A stretch of DNA of 64,000 nt, taken from the NCBI GenBank assembly GCA_038245295.1, contig JBBRSP010000019.1:1-64000 (forward strand), in the 5' to 3' direction. The notes beneath the pieces were generated by a model that was not told the origin of the DNA, searched no databases, and saw only the letters and a list, made by a program, of their open reading frames with translations. The stretch comes from Candidatus Binatia bacterium. GTDB lineage: Bacteria; Desulfobacterota; Binatia; HRBIN30. Below, in pieces: positions 1 through 11,425 of the stretch. The position numbers and the translations under genes were made by a program. Numbering within the stretch: position 1 is the stretch's first letter; the number at the start of each line of letters is the position of its first letter.

Positions 1-10
1 CAAAACATAG

Positions 11-124
11 GCTCACCCTTCGACGGGCTCAGGGCGAGCGGACAAAATGTCTTTGAAAATCAACCAAGCACCCGCTCAGGCTGAGCCTGTCGAAGCCGGC
101 TCCGCAAGGTTTTGAGACAGCCTC
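11..124. repeat. Inverted-repeat element (CCCTTCGACnGGCTCAGG / CTGAGCCTGTCGAAG family) ending in an IS-like terminus GAGACAGCCTC
   Basis: ggctcacccttcgacgggctcagggcgagcgg (11-42) pairs with cccgctcaggctgagcctgtcgaagcc (71-97); related copy at 17987-18016. Confidence 0.65.
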
Positions 125-141
125 TGAAGCCTGCGCCTACC
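124..141. repeat. Truncated GTAG-family REP
   Basis: ctgaagcctgcgcctacc is the 3' part of the REP seen at 650-673; its left arm is replaced by the preceding element. Confidence 0.6.
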
Positions 142-185
142 GGGATCATCCGCGCTGTGGCATAGGAGTGTGTCGTGGAGGATCC

Positions 186-608
186 ATGACCAAAGAGAAC
201 AACCGCGGCCCGTTCCTGACGACGTTCGCCGTCTTGTTTGTGCTGCTGGCGATTTCGAATTGCACCAAGGCACTGCAGTACGCCAACAATCCGGCGATCG
301 GCGGCATCGTCATCTTCGGCGTGCGGTTTGAGGGCATCCTCACCAACGCCATCCTCGGCCCGCTGATGGGAGCCGTGATCGGCGCCTATGCGTATGGTCT
401 GTGGAAGCTGCGGCCGTGGGTGGCGCCATTCTCGATCGCGTATGCATTCTATGTACCCGTGAACCTGGTTCTCTTTTGGTACCGCCAAACCAACCCGGAG
501 GTGCCGCCGCTGTTGTTCATGCTCGGCTACCTGGCGCTATCGCTCAGCGGTTCGATCGGCACGGCTCTCTATCTTGCCTACCACCGCGAAAAGCTTGCGA
601 CGGTTTGA
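186..608 (+). CDS. Hypothetical integral membrane protein (~4 TM)
   Basis: GGAGG RBS before ATG 186; four hydrophobic stretches. Confidence 0.75.
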   Translation: MTKENNRGPFLTTFAVLFVLLAISNCTKALQYANNPAIGGIVIFGVRFEGILTNAILGPLMGAVIGAYAYGLWKLRPWVAPFSIAYAFYVPVNLVLFWYRQTNPEVPPLLFMLGYLALSLSGSIGTALYLAYHREKLATV

Positions 609-649
609 GGCGCACGGACCTGTGCCTATTGATTCGCATCGGAGCACGC

Positions 650-826
650 CGCAGGCTGAAGCCTGCGCCTACCGGTCTCAATTCCGCCTGCAAATTCCAT
701 GTGGTCGGCGCAGGCTTTTCCGGTGGTAGGCGCAGGCTTTAGCCTGCGAAGCCCGGTGGTAGGCGCAGGCTTTAGCCTGCGAAGCCCGGTGGTAGGCGCA
801 GGCTTTAGCCTGCGAACAGCTGAGCG
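650..826. repeat. GTAG-family REP cluster (inverted REP plus three 33-bp tandem REP units)
   Basis: cgcaggctgaagcctgcgcctacc at 650-673; ccggtggtaggcgcaggctttagcctgcgaagc x3 at ~720-816; hairpin CGCAGGC-N4-GCCTGCG with a GTAG foot. Confidence 0.85.
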
Positions 827-850
827 CAGCCTGACGGAGGATGTTACGCC

Positions 851-1732
851 ATGGCAACAGACAAGTCTTTGAAGAAGATCCGCTGCATTCAGCGCAGTCT
901 GGATCGCCACTGGGTGGGCGATGGTTTTCCTGTGCGGACATTATTCTCCTACCCGAGCCTTGGGCCGGTGATCAGTCCGTTTCTCTTGCTCGACTATGCT
1001 GGCCCGCGCGAGTTCCCGCCGACGCCGGAACGTCTCGGCGTTGGGGAACATCCACACCGCGGTTTCGAAACGGTGACAATCGTTTACGGGGGCGAGGTTG
1101 AGCACCGGGATTCATCCGGCGGCGGCGGCAGGATTGGACCAGGCGATGTGCAATGGATGACCGCCGCGGCGGGTGTTGTCCATGAAGAATTCCACGGCGG
1201 CAACTTCGCCCGCCACGGCGGCGTATTCGAGATGGTGCAGCTGTGGGTCAATTTGCCGGCGAAGGACAAGATGTCACCGCCGCGCTACCAGAACATTAGC
1301 GCCGCCGACATCCCCACCGTTGGACTTGCCGACGGGCACGGCAGCGTACGCGTCATCGCCGGCGAATACGGCGACGCCAAGGGCCCGGCCAAAACGTTCA
1401 CACCGATTCAAGTCTGGGACCTTCGTCTCGACAGTCACGAACACAACAGCTTCGCGGTGCCTGACGGTTATACAACCGCCCTGGTCGTGCTGCGCGGTTC
1501 GTTGCGCGTCAACGGCTCCGAAACGATGTCGGCTGCCGAGGTCGGTCTGTTCGATCGCAGCGGAGAGAAGATTGGTATCGATAGCGCCGAGGGCGCAACC
1601 GCACTGCTGCTCGCCGGTGAGCCGATCGACGAGCCGATTGTCGGGCAGGGACCTTTCGTCATGAATACGGCGGAGGAGATTCACCAGGCGATGCGCGACT
1701 ATCAGAGCGGCAAGATGGGGCGATTGTCTTGA
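851..1732 (+). CDS. Pirin family protein (YhhW-like bicupin)
   Basis: SPFLLLDY, HPHRGFETVT, EHRDS, VQWMTAAAGVVHEE, QLWVNLP, GPFVMNT motifs; GGAGG RBS. Confidence 0.95.
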   Translation: MATDKSLKKIRCIQRSLDRHWVGDGFPVRTLFSYPSLGPVISPFLLLDYAGPREFPPTPERLGVGEHPHRGFETVTIVYGGEVEHRDSSGGGGRIGPGDVQWMTAAAGVVHEEFHGGNFARHGGVFEMVQLWVNLPAKDKMSPPRYQNISAADIPTVGLADGHGSVRVIAGEYGDAKGPAKTFTPIQVWDLRLDSHEHNSFAVPDGYTTALVVLRGSLRVNGSETMSAAEVGLFDRSGEKIGIDSAEGATALLLAGEPIDEPIVGQGPFVMNTAEEIHQAMRDYQSGKMGRLS

Positions 1733-1772
1733 AGCGACCCGTTGCAGGCGCCGCCAAGCAGCGGGCTCGGCG

Positions 1773-4357
<2,585 letters not shown>

Positions 4358-4367
<10 letters not shown>

Positions 4368-4476
4368 AGCCTGCGCCTACCGGTTTCCAATTCACCGGCG
4401 TAGCAGGCCTACCGGTTTCCAATTCACCGGCGTAGCAGCGGGTAGGCGCAGGCTTCAGCCTGCGGTGAGCTGAGCG
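4358..4476. repeat. REPIN (REP doublet) with internal 32-bp tandem duplication; overlaps the ATPase stop codon
   Basis: REPs at 4358-4381 and 4441-4464 in inverted orientation; gcctaccggtttccaattcaccggcgtagcag twice (4375-4438). Confidence 0.85.
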
Positions 4477-4557
4477 CCGATTGATCTTCGCGCTCGACTG
4501 CGAAGTCGCGGTTGCGCGGCGGGAGCGATCAATGAAAGAGAATCCGTAGGAGGACCC

Positions 4558-4746
4558 ATGGAGATTCCTCGACTCGCAGCGACGGTCGATGCCCCAGTAT
4601 CTACCCACGGCGGCGGCGCCTACGCCCTCGGTTATGTCGACGACTTGCGTGATCCCCTCGACGTGCTCCTGGGGCGTCAAGACCAGACCGGTCTGGGAAA
4701 TATGACCGACGCCGCCAAGGCCCGCGCTCGAGGCACCCAGGGGTAA
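4558..4746 (+). CDS. Small hypothetical protein (possibly a gene fragment)
   Basis: AGGAGG RBS shortly upstream of ATG; no recognisable motif. Confidence 0.3.
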   Translation: MEIPRLAATVDAPVSTHGGGAYALGYVDDLRDPLDVLLGRQDQTGLGNMTDAAKARARGTQG

Positions 4747-4963
4747 GGTTAGGCGGCTAGCGGGACTGCGCATGCCGACCGTCCAAACCAGTCCAAGCCA
4801 AAGCTCAAAACCTCCGAATTCCTCAGCCTTATAAACGCCTGGCCACCTATCAGACGTTTTGCGTTTCACATCCGTGAGAAATGGGCGACATAAAGCGCTT
4901 ACATTTTCGCGCCGCTGACAACGGAGAGGTGGGCAGCCTGTGCAAAGGGTCCTCCGTCGCGAA

Positions 4964-4978
4964 CGGCACACGACTTGT
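4964..4978 (+). promoter_or_regulatory. Possible sigma54 -24/-12 promoter for the cytochrome operon
   Basis: cGGCAC-acgac-TTGT matches TGGCAC-N5-TTGC except at the first base and the -12 C; ~65 nt upstream of ATG 5044. Confidence 0.3.
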
Positions 4979-5043
4979 TGAAGAGATTTGGTGGTGAAAA
5001 AAGCATGCGAACCACCGGAAGACGCGAGTAAAGGAGCACTCCC

Positions 5044-8000
5044 ATGAAGCCACAGTGGTCAATTCATTCCGTTAAGGCCTGGTCCATGGCCGCACTGGCA
5101 ATGCTGGCAGTGTTCGTTGCAGCTCCAAACCGCGGCATGAGTGCAACTCAGTTTCTGAGTGACGGCGCCCAGCCGAACGGCATCACGGCGGGTTGGGATC
5201 TGCCAACCCAGGGTTCGTGTCTCAACTATCCGACCGCCACCAATCGCCCCGATTGTTTGGCGCTGCGCCTCAACCCGGCGCCGTTCGACAAGACCACCTG
5301 CCAGGCTTCTCCGACGCTGGGCACGTGGGCCACTTCGGGCGTTTGCAATGATCTCGTCAATACAACGGCGGGATCTTGTGTCAGCGTCTGCAGCAACCCG
5401 GCCTATCTCGACCGCGCAAGCTGCGAAGAGAATCACGCCTTGTGGATCGCCCGGATATGGAATGCCGCCAAGAGCATCTGCGCCATTGCCATGGAAGACG
5501 CCGACCGCAACGCGGTCATCTGCGCCAAGTCCCATGGCAACTGGATCACGGCTGGCTCTTGTGTGGGCACCTGGGTGTTTCCGGCAGCCAGCTCTTACAA
5601 TCCGCCGCTCTTGAACACGACTTCCAGCGTCGGAACGAGCGCCACGAGCACCGGCCCGAGCCCCGGCGATCAGTGTCTGCGTTGTCACAACAGCACGACG
5701 CAATACAACGGCGCGCGGGTGCGCGACGTCGAAGACACGCTGTACATGGGCCATCGCAACATGTCGCGTAAGGTCGTTCCCGGGAACGCCTGGGGTGGCC
5801 CGCCGCTGTCGTGCTCCAACCCGGGTGCCGGGAGCGAAGACGAGTGCGAAGCACTCAACGCCCATTGGTACCCGACTTCGCCGTATCTCACCGACGACCA
5901 GGCCAACCCGTTCAACTGGGCGACTGGTCAAATCACCATCGGTGGAGGCCCGGCGAACCTGTACTGGATCTTCGCCGACTGGCTCAGCCCGTTGCCGCGA
6001 TCCATCTATTCTGCAGGGTCCTCCGGAATGACCGGCAAGCCTTTGATGTCCTACTCGTGTTCACGCTGTCACACGACCGGTTGGACCTCCGACGCGGCCA
6101 TCAACGGCAGCAAGGAACCAGAGACGTCCTTCCCCGGCGTCACTTGGGACGGCACCACCCTCAACACAACCAGCAAGGTCAACCTGGCCGGCGGCGTGAG
6201 TGGCGACACCAACAAATACTCCTCGTGGGATCAGTTCGGCATCCAGTGCAGCCGTTGCCACGGCTCGGCGATCGACAACGCCTCCAACGGTGGCGTGCGA
6301 CCGTTCACAGCACCGGCCGGCATGTCGACGCACCACAGTAACCTGACATCGGCCGACACCCCGGCTGGCTGTTCACTCGCGACGTGCGCCGGCACCCGCT
6401 GCACGATCGCCAACTGCGCCAGCTCGGGCGGCACCTGGTACTACGGCTTCTGCACCGACTCACGTTTCCTCACCGGCGGTGTAACCGCGGCAGCAGCCAA
6501 GACGGCTTGCGAAACAGCCGGCGGCGCCAACATTGAGCCGGCCCCAGGAAGCGGCATGGGTGTGTGGATCACACCCTGCAGCGACAATAACTTCGGCGAT
6601 CAGGCCGGTTGCGTCGGCGCCGGTGGCACCTGGAATCTCGGCACGTCGTCGTGTTCGGTTGCCGGCCTCTGCAACAACATCGCCGGTGGCCCGTACACCG
6701 ACCAAGCCTCGTGCACGGGAGCATCGCTCGCCAATTGCCCCGGCGGCGTCGCCTGTCAGTGGGCCGCCACGTCGGACATCGTTTCTTGCATTGATGCCGA
6801 CGGACACTACACCGGCACCTATGCCAACCGCGGTCAGGTCATCACATCGCTGTGTATGCAGTGCCACCGTCAAGAGACCAGCGGCCAGCCGTATGCCGAC
6901 ACCGGCAACGGCATCGGTAGCGGCTCGACTTCGCACCCGGGCACCTATGTAAAGGTCGGCGCGTACCACAGCACCGTCACCTACCCGAGTCATCCGCATG
7001 GCAACATGTTCCTCAACAGCCCACATGGGAAGTTCACCGGCTCATCCAACCAGATTGCCACGGCCGCCTTCGGTAACGGCTACGGGAGCTTCTTCCAGTT
7101 CAAAGGTGAGGCGAGCGGTACCGGCAATGGTTGCACCGGATGCCACAACCCGCACCGCAGCACAGTCGAGGGTGCCGGTATCGAAGAACCTGTGAAGCCT
7201 TGTCAGGAATGTCACAGCGGCCAATTCGCGGTCGATCTCACCAAGATCAACCATCTGGCGACAGCCGGCACGCCGCTCGACCCGGCAACCGTCGGCACCG
7301 ACGAGTCGGCTCCCTGCATCACCTGCCACATGCCGAACGGCGAGCACATGTTCCGCATCAATCCGGACGAGAACTACTCGACCTTCCCGATGCCCGCAGC
7401 TCTGTCGTCGGTCGTCAACGCCAACACATCGCCCGATGGAACCTTCACGAACGCCGTGTGGGTCGATCTCGACGCCGCTTGCGGTCAGTGCCACGGTGGC
7501 GGCACGGCGCAGGCCACAACTACTCTGACGGCCCCGACCAGCACCGCAAGCAGCACTCTGACCGTCGCTTCGACGGTTGGCTTCCAGGTTGGGCAGCATG
7601 TCCGCGTCGCCGATGCCGGTAACTTCGTCTATGACGAGGTCGATTACTCGCGCGGCAACTTCGATTCGTACATCGCCTCGATTACGCCGCCAAACACCCT
7701 GGTCGTTGTCGGACCGCCGCCGATCAGTGTGGCTTCCGGCAAGACCGTCATCCAGAACCCGACCAAGAACGGCGCCGTCTACCGCACCAAGGCGACCCTC
7801 GCCAAGGTAGCCGAAGGCATGCACAGCAGCGCCAAGATTCCCGCCAACATCACGTTCACCATGGCGGTCAACGGCCTCAGCATCGTCGCCAACGCCCAGG
7901 TCACCTGCGGTGCAACTCCCTGTCCGCCGCTCACCTACGACTGGGATTGGGGTGATGGTACACCCAATGGCAGCGGCGACCCGGCCAATCACACCTATGC

Positions 8001-8640
8001 GACCGGCGGCTCCAAACACGTCACCTTGGTCGTCAAGCTCGACTCGATGAACGCCAACAACACCATCGTCGGATCGCTGAGCCGCAACGTGTCTCTTGCC
8101 GCGGCCAATGGCGCGCCAAGTGTCAGCGGAACCATGTGCAGCTTCGACGCCGACAAGTGGTTGGCTACTGTGAAGGACGCTTCGGTCGACACGGATGCCA
8201 ATGGCGTCGGTGTCGTGATCGCCGAATGGGGTGATGGCGCGGTGCGCGGCGTCGGTTCACAGGGGCAGACGTTCACACACACCTACATCCTACCCGGAAC
8301 CTACACACCGCAGTTGCGCGCCTTCGATACAGCCCTGAAGGCCAGCCCCTGGTTCGTCTGTCCGCCGGTCACCACCGCGTATTTCACCATCAGCGGCACG
8401 GTGAACCGTCACGACGGCACAACCCCGGTATCCGGCGCATCCGTGATCATTCGCAACAGCTCAGCGGTGGCGGTGAAGAGCACCTACACCGCGTCCAATG
8501 GACTCTTCTCGGTCGGCGGGCTCAAGCCCGGCGGCTACACCGTCGTCGTGGCGCGGCGCGGGTATACCTTCCCGAGCGTCGCAGCCATCACCGTCGGACC
8601 GAGCAGTAGTGGAACCGTAATCAACGCGACGACACCGTGA
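5044..8640 (+). CDS. Large secreted octaheme c-type cytochrome with Cys-rich repeats, two PKD-like domains and a C-terminal carboxypeptidase-regulatory-like domain
   Basis: Signal peptide; 8 CxxCH (CLRCH, CSRCH x2, CMQCH, CTGCH, CQECH, CITCH, CGQCH); WDWGDG and EWGDG PKD motifs; TISGTV...VSGASV...GLKPGGY tail; AAGGAG RBS. Confidence 0.9.
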   Translation: MKPQWSIHSVKAWSMAALAMLAVFVAAPNRGMSATQFLSDGAQPNGITAGWDLPTQGSCLNYPTATNRPDCLALRLNPAPFDKTTCQASPTLGTWATSGVCNDLVNTTAGSCVSVCSNPAYLDRASCEENHALWIARIWNAAKSICAIAMEDADRNAVICAKSHGNWITAGSCVGTWVFPAASSYNPPLLNTTSSVGTSATSTGPSPGDQCLRCHNSTTQYNGARVRDVEDTLYMGHRNMSRKVVPGNAWGGPPLSCSNPGAGSEDECEALNAHWYPTSPYLTDDQANPFNWATGQITIGGGPANLYWIFADWLSPLPRSIYSAGSSGMTGKPLMSYSCSRCHTTGWTSDAAINGSKEPETSFPGVTWDGTTLNTTSKVNLAGGVSGDTNKYSSWDQFGIQCSRCHGSAIDNASNGGVRPFTAPAGMSTHHSNLTSADTPAGCSLATCAGTRCTIANCASSGGTWYYGFCTDSRFLTGGVTAAAAKTACETAGGANIEPAPGSGMGVWITPCSDNNFGDQAGCVGAGGTWNLGTSSCSVAGLCNNIAGGPYTDQASCTGASLANCPGGVACQWAATSDIVSCIDADGHYTGTYANRGQVITSLCMQCHRQETSGQPYADTGNGIGSGSTSHPGTYVKVGAYHSTVTYPSHPHGNMFLNSPHGKFTGSSNQIATAAFGNGYGSFFQFKGEASGTGNGCTGCHNPHRSTVEGAGIEEPVKPCQECHSGQFAVDLTKINHLATAGTPLDPATVGTDESAPCITCHMPNGEHMFRINPDENYSTFPMPAALSSVVNANTSPDGTFTNAVWVDLDAACGQCHGGGTAQATTTLTAPTSTASSTLTVASTVGFQVGQHVRVADAGNFVYDEVDYSRGNFDSYIASITPPNTLVVVGPPPISVASGKTVIQNPTKNGAVYRTKATLAKVAEGMHSSAKIPANITFTMAVNGLSIVANAQVTCGATPCPPLTYDWDWGDGTPNGSGDPANHTYATGGSKHVTLVVKLDSMNANNTIVGSLSRNVSLAAANGAPSVSGTMCSFDADKWLATVKDASVDTDANGVGVVIAEWGDGAVRGVGSQGQTFTHTYILPGTYTPQLRAFDTALKASPWFVCPPVTTAYFTISGTVNRHDGTTPVSGASVIIRNSSAVAVKSTYTASNGLFSVGGLKPGGYTVVVARRGYTFPSVAAITVGPSSSGTVINATTP

Positions 8641-8692
8641 GGCAACGAACGATGACGCCCGTGAGGCTCTTAAAGAATTGTGGAGGAGAGCG

Positions 8693-9493
8693 ATGAAACC
8701 CTTAACTCGTGGCCTATTGTTGGCTGGACTCGTGGCGTCACTAGCCACCCGAGCACCTGCCTTCTCTGGAACGTATCTGCCTGACACTGGAATCACAGGA
8801 ACGGTCCACGACCTCGGCACGTCGCATGACGGCATGAACTACACGGCGAGTCCGGCGGACCCACTCAACCGGTCGTGCATCTTCTGCCATGCGCCGCACA
8901 ACACCTACCGCCTCAGCACGGCGGCGGGCGGCGCCGGCCCGCAGGCGCCGGCCGAGTTCGATTACCTGCCACTGTGGAACCACTCGCTGCAGGCCAACAC
9001 CGCCTACACAATGTACGAGAATGGTCCCGGTGCACCGCTGAACGGGCCGCAGGCGTCCCAGGCCATCTTGAACGGTCAGATGGCTCCCGGCAGCACCTCG
9101 CTTCTGTGCCTGAGCTGTCACGACGGTAGCGTCGCGGTGAACTCGTACGGCAACGGCGCCCAGCTGGCGCGTTCGGTGTCGACGGGCGTCAATAAGATCT
9201 CCACCTCGTACGTCATTGGTCAGGATCGCTACCTCGGCAACCATCACCCGATCGGCTTCAACTATGATATCGTCCAGGCGGGTGATCCGCAGATTCGCGA
9301 CGCCGACGCGGCGATGCTGACGCCGACGACCTTCGTCCGCGATCACCTCTACGGCGGCTCCTCCATGGAGTGCGGCACCTGCCACTCCGTGCACAACAAA
9401 GGCAATGCCGGTGAGACCCTGTTGTGGCGCAGTGATCAGAACAGTGAGTTGTGTCTGACCTGTCACGACAAGGGTACCTACACCGCTCCATGA
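8693..9493 (+). CDS. OmcE-like tetraheme c-type cytochrome (candidate nanowire subunit)
   Basis: Signal peptide; HDL...CIFCHAPHN...PLWN...SLLCLSCHDG...NHHPIGF...ECGTCHSVH...SELCLTCHDK, same motif order as Geobacter OmcE as I recall it; GGAGGAG RBS. Confidence 0.85.
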   Translation: MKPLTRGLLLAGLVASLATRAPAFSGTYLPDTGITGTVHDLGTSHDGMNYTASPADPLNRSCIFCHAPHNTYRLSTAAGGAGPQAPAEFDYLPLWNHSLQANTAYTMYENGPGAPLNGPQASQAILNGQMAPGSTSLLCLSCHDGSVAVNSYGNGAQLARSVSTGVNKISTSYVIGQDRYLGNHHPIGFNYDIVQAGDPQIRDADAAMLTPTTFVRDHLYGGSSMECGTCHSVHNKGNAGETLLWRSDQNSELCLTCHDKGTYTAP

Positions 9494-9504
9494 TAACAGC
9501 GTAG

Positions 9505-9680
9505 AACTTCTCCCCATCGCGCGGGGTGAAAGAGGGCCAGCTTCTTTCACCCCCCTGGTTGAAGTTTCTCATACGTGAGAGAGGGTTGGGTGAGGCGCCC
9601 CGTTCGCGACCTCCCCCAACCCTCTCGCACATTTGGCGGCAGGAATCCTTGTGCAACAAGGTTGGGGTGAGCTTTCCCCG
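9505..9680. repeat. Intergenic stem-loops (degenerate CCCTCTCCC/GGGAGAGGG-type repeat)
   Basis: ggggtgaaaga...tctttcacccc; gagagggttggg...cccaaccctctc; resembles the element at 42128-42267. Confidence 0.5.
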
Positions 9681-9705
9681 CGCACGGGAGCACCGGAGGA
9701 CCGCA

Positions 9706-10836
9706 GTGCCACAACACAAACGACTTTCTCTCATTCTCTGTGCCGCACTGGCGTTGGTCGCCAGCGGCTGCTCGACGACCGTGCGCCCAACACCCGTACC
9801 GGCGTTCTTCCCCCCACCGCCGGCAGCGCCGCGCATCCAGTTTCTGACCTCCTTCAGTGGGCTCAAGGACATCGACGAGCAGTCGGCGTTCAACCGCTTC
9901 GTGGTCGGCGAGAGACAGGACATCAAAGTCGATAAGCCGTACGGCATCGCGGTCTACGACGCCAAGATCTACGTCTGCGATACGAATTCGACCGTCGCCG
10001 TCTTCGATCTGCGCCGCAAGACGTTTGGACCGCTGAGCGGTGCTGTCGGCCAGGGCACCCTGCGACAGCCGGTGAACATCAGCATCGACGCCGACGGCAA
10101 CAAGTATGTCAGCGATCCGGGCCGGCGCCAGGTCGTCGTCTTCGATCGCACTGATCAGTACCTGCGCGCCTACGGCATGGAGGGTGACTGGCGGCCCGTG
10201 GATGCCGCGGTCCTGGAAGACCGACTCTACGTTGCCGATATCGATAAGGGTCTGATCCGTATCTTCGACAAACAGAGCGGTGAGTTGATCAAGTCGATCG
10301 GCGACCAGGGCGAACCGAGTCAGCGGCTCGATCGCCCGACCAACCTGGCCTTCGACCACGACGGCGATTTGTATGTCTCCGACGTCGGTCGCTTTCAGGT
10401 AGTGAAGTTCGACCGCGACGGTCATTTCAAATCAACAATTGGAAAGATTGGCGACAATCTCGGCCACTTCGCCCGCCCCAAGGGCATCGCCTTCGATCGC
10501 GACAATCGCCTGTTTGCCGTCGATGCGTCGTTCAACAACGTGCAGATCTTCAACCGCGACGGGCGGCTGCTGCTCTTCTTTGGCGAAACCGGCGACAAGC
10601 CGGGCAATCTGAGGCTGCCGGCGAAAGTTACGATCGATTACGACAGCCTCGAGTACTTTCGCGACTACCTGCAGCCGGGATTTGAGCCAGAATACTTGAT
10701 CTTCGTGACCAGCCAGTTCGGCGAGCGTCGCATCAATGTCTTCGCCTTCGGGAAGCAACAGGGCGTCCGCTACCCGACTGATGCGGAGCTGCGTCGTGAA
10801 ATCGAAGAGCGGGCAAAGAAGGAAGAGTCCCATTAG
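9706..10836 (+). CDS. NHL-repeat beta-propeller lipoprotein
   Basis: GGAGG then GTG 9706; lipobox VASGC; repeats such as KPYGIAV, QPVNISID, RPTNLAFD, RPKGIAFD. Confidence 0.9.
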   Translation: MPQHKRLSLILCAALALVASGCSTTVRPTPVPAFFPPPPAAPRIQFLTSFSGLKDIDEQSAFNRFVVGERQDIKVDKPYGIAVYDAKIYVCDTNSTVAVFDLRRKTFGPLSGAVGQGTLRQPVNISIDADGNKYVSDPGRRQVVVFDRTDQYLRAYGMEGDWRPVDAAVLEDRLYVADIDKGLIRIFDKQSGELIKSIGDQGEPSQRLDRPTNLAFDHDGDLYVSDVGRFQVVKFDRDGHFKSTIGKIGDNLGHFARPKGIAFDRDNRLFAVDASFNNVQIFNRDGRLLLFFGETGDKPGNLRLPAKVTIDYDSLEYFRDYLQPGFEPEYLIFVTSQFGERRINVFAFGKQQGVRYPTDAELRREIEERAKKEESH

Positions 10837-10873
10837 CGCCAGACCATGCCAGCGCCGCGCCGACGGATGATCC

Positions 10874-11425
10874 ATGTCGCATGAACGCTCCACGCATCGC
10901 ACTGCCGTGTTTGGCGTCGTCGCGCTGGCGCTGCTCCTGGGCGGCTGTGACGCATTCGAGCGTTATCGCGTTCTGAGCACGGTCTTCGACGGTGTGCCGC
11001 CCCCGCCGACGCCTTCCCTGGCCGTCGACGGCGGCACCGCTCCTTCCGGCCCCGTGCTGACACTCGAGCGCGGCCGATTCGGTGAACATGGGCCTTATGC
11101 CGCCAAGCTCTGCGACAGTTGCCATGCTTCCGCCTCGAGCAACACCTTCGTGGCGCCGCGCGATCAGCTGTGCATCCGCTGTCACGACATTCAGCAGGGC
11201 AAGAAGTATGTTCACGGCCCGCTGGCCTCGGGCGGCTGCCTGGCTTGTCACGATCCGCACAGCTCGAAGTATCGCTACTTGCTGGTATCGGCCTCCGATA
11301 CGTTTTGCCTACGCTGCCACAGTGCCGCCGACGTGGCGCGCAGTCCGGCCCACGCCAACACGGAAGTTCCGTGTACCTCGTGTCATGACCCACACATGTC
11401 GGACAGAAAGCATCTCCTGCGATGA
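10874..11425 (+). CDS. Pentaheme c-type cytochrome lipoprotein (paired-CxxCH type)
   Basis: Lipobox LLGGC; CDSCH, CIRCH, CLACH, CLRCH, CTSCH; HGP and DPH axial motifs. Confidence 0.9.
   Translation: MSHERSTHRTAVFGVVALALLLGGCDAFERYRVLSTVFDGVPPPPTPSLAVDGGTAPSGPVLTLERGRFGEHGPYAAKLCDSCHASASSNTFVAPRDQLCIRCHDIQQGKKYVHGPLASGGCLACHDPHSSKYRYLLVSASDTFCLRCHSAADVARSPAHANTEVPCTSCHDPHMSDRKHLLR

Noticed and set aside
720..816. Three 33-bp palindromic direct repeats as a CRISPR array
   Set aside because: Units are head-to-tail with no unique spacers, match the dispersed GTAG REP, and no cas genes are present
626..941. Short ORFs containing RRLKPAPT / VGAGFSLR peptides (also near 4336, 17754, 17873, 55859)
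   Set aside because: These are translations of the REP palindrome, not a protein family
4670..4980. c-di-GMP/cGAMP (GEMM) riboswitch ahead of the cytochrome operon
   Set aside because: Only fragments (ggctagcggg; tgggca...gtgcaa) are present and the GGCAAA/GAAA/GACGCAAAG core is missing; an Rfam search would be needed
5044..8640. Calling the octaheme OmcZ or MtrC
   Set aside because: Heme spacing and flanking motifs (CHTTG...IQCxxCHG; CHMP...HxF) do not fit what I recall for those proteins; heme count alone is not enough
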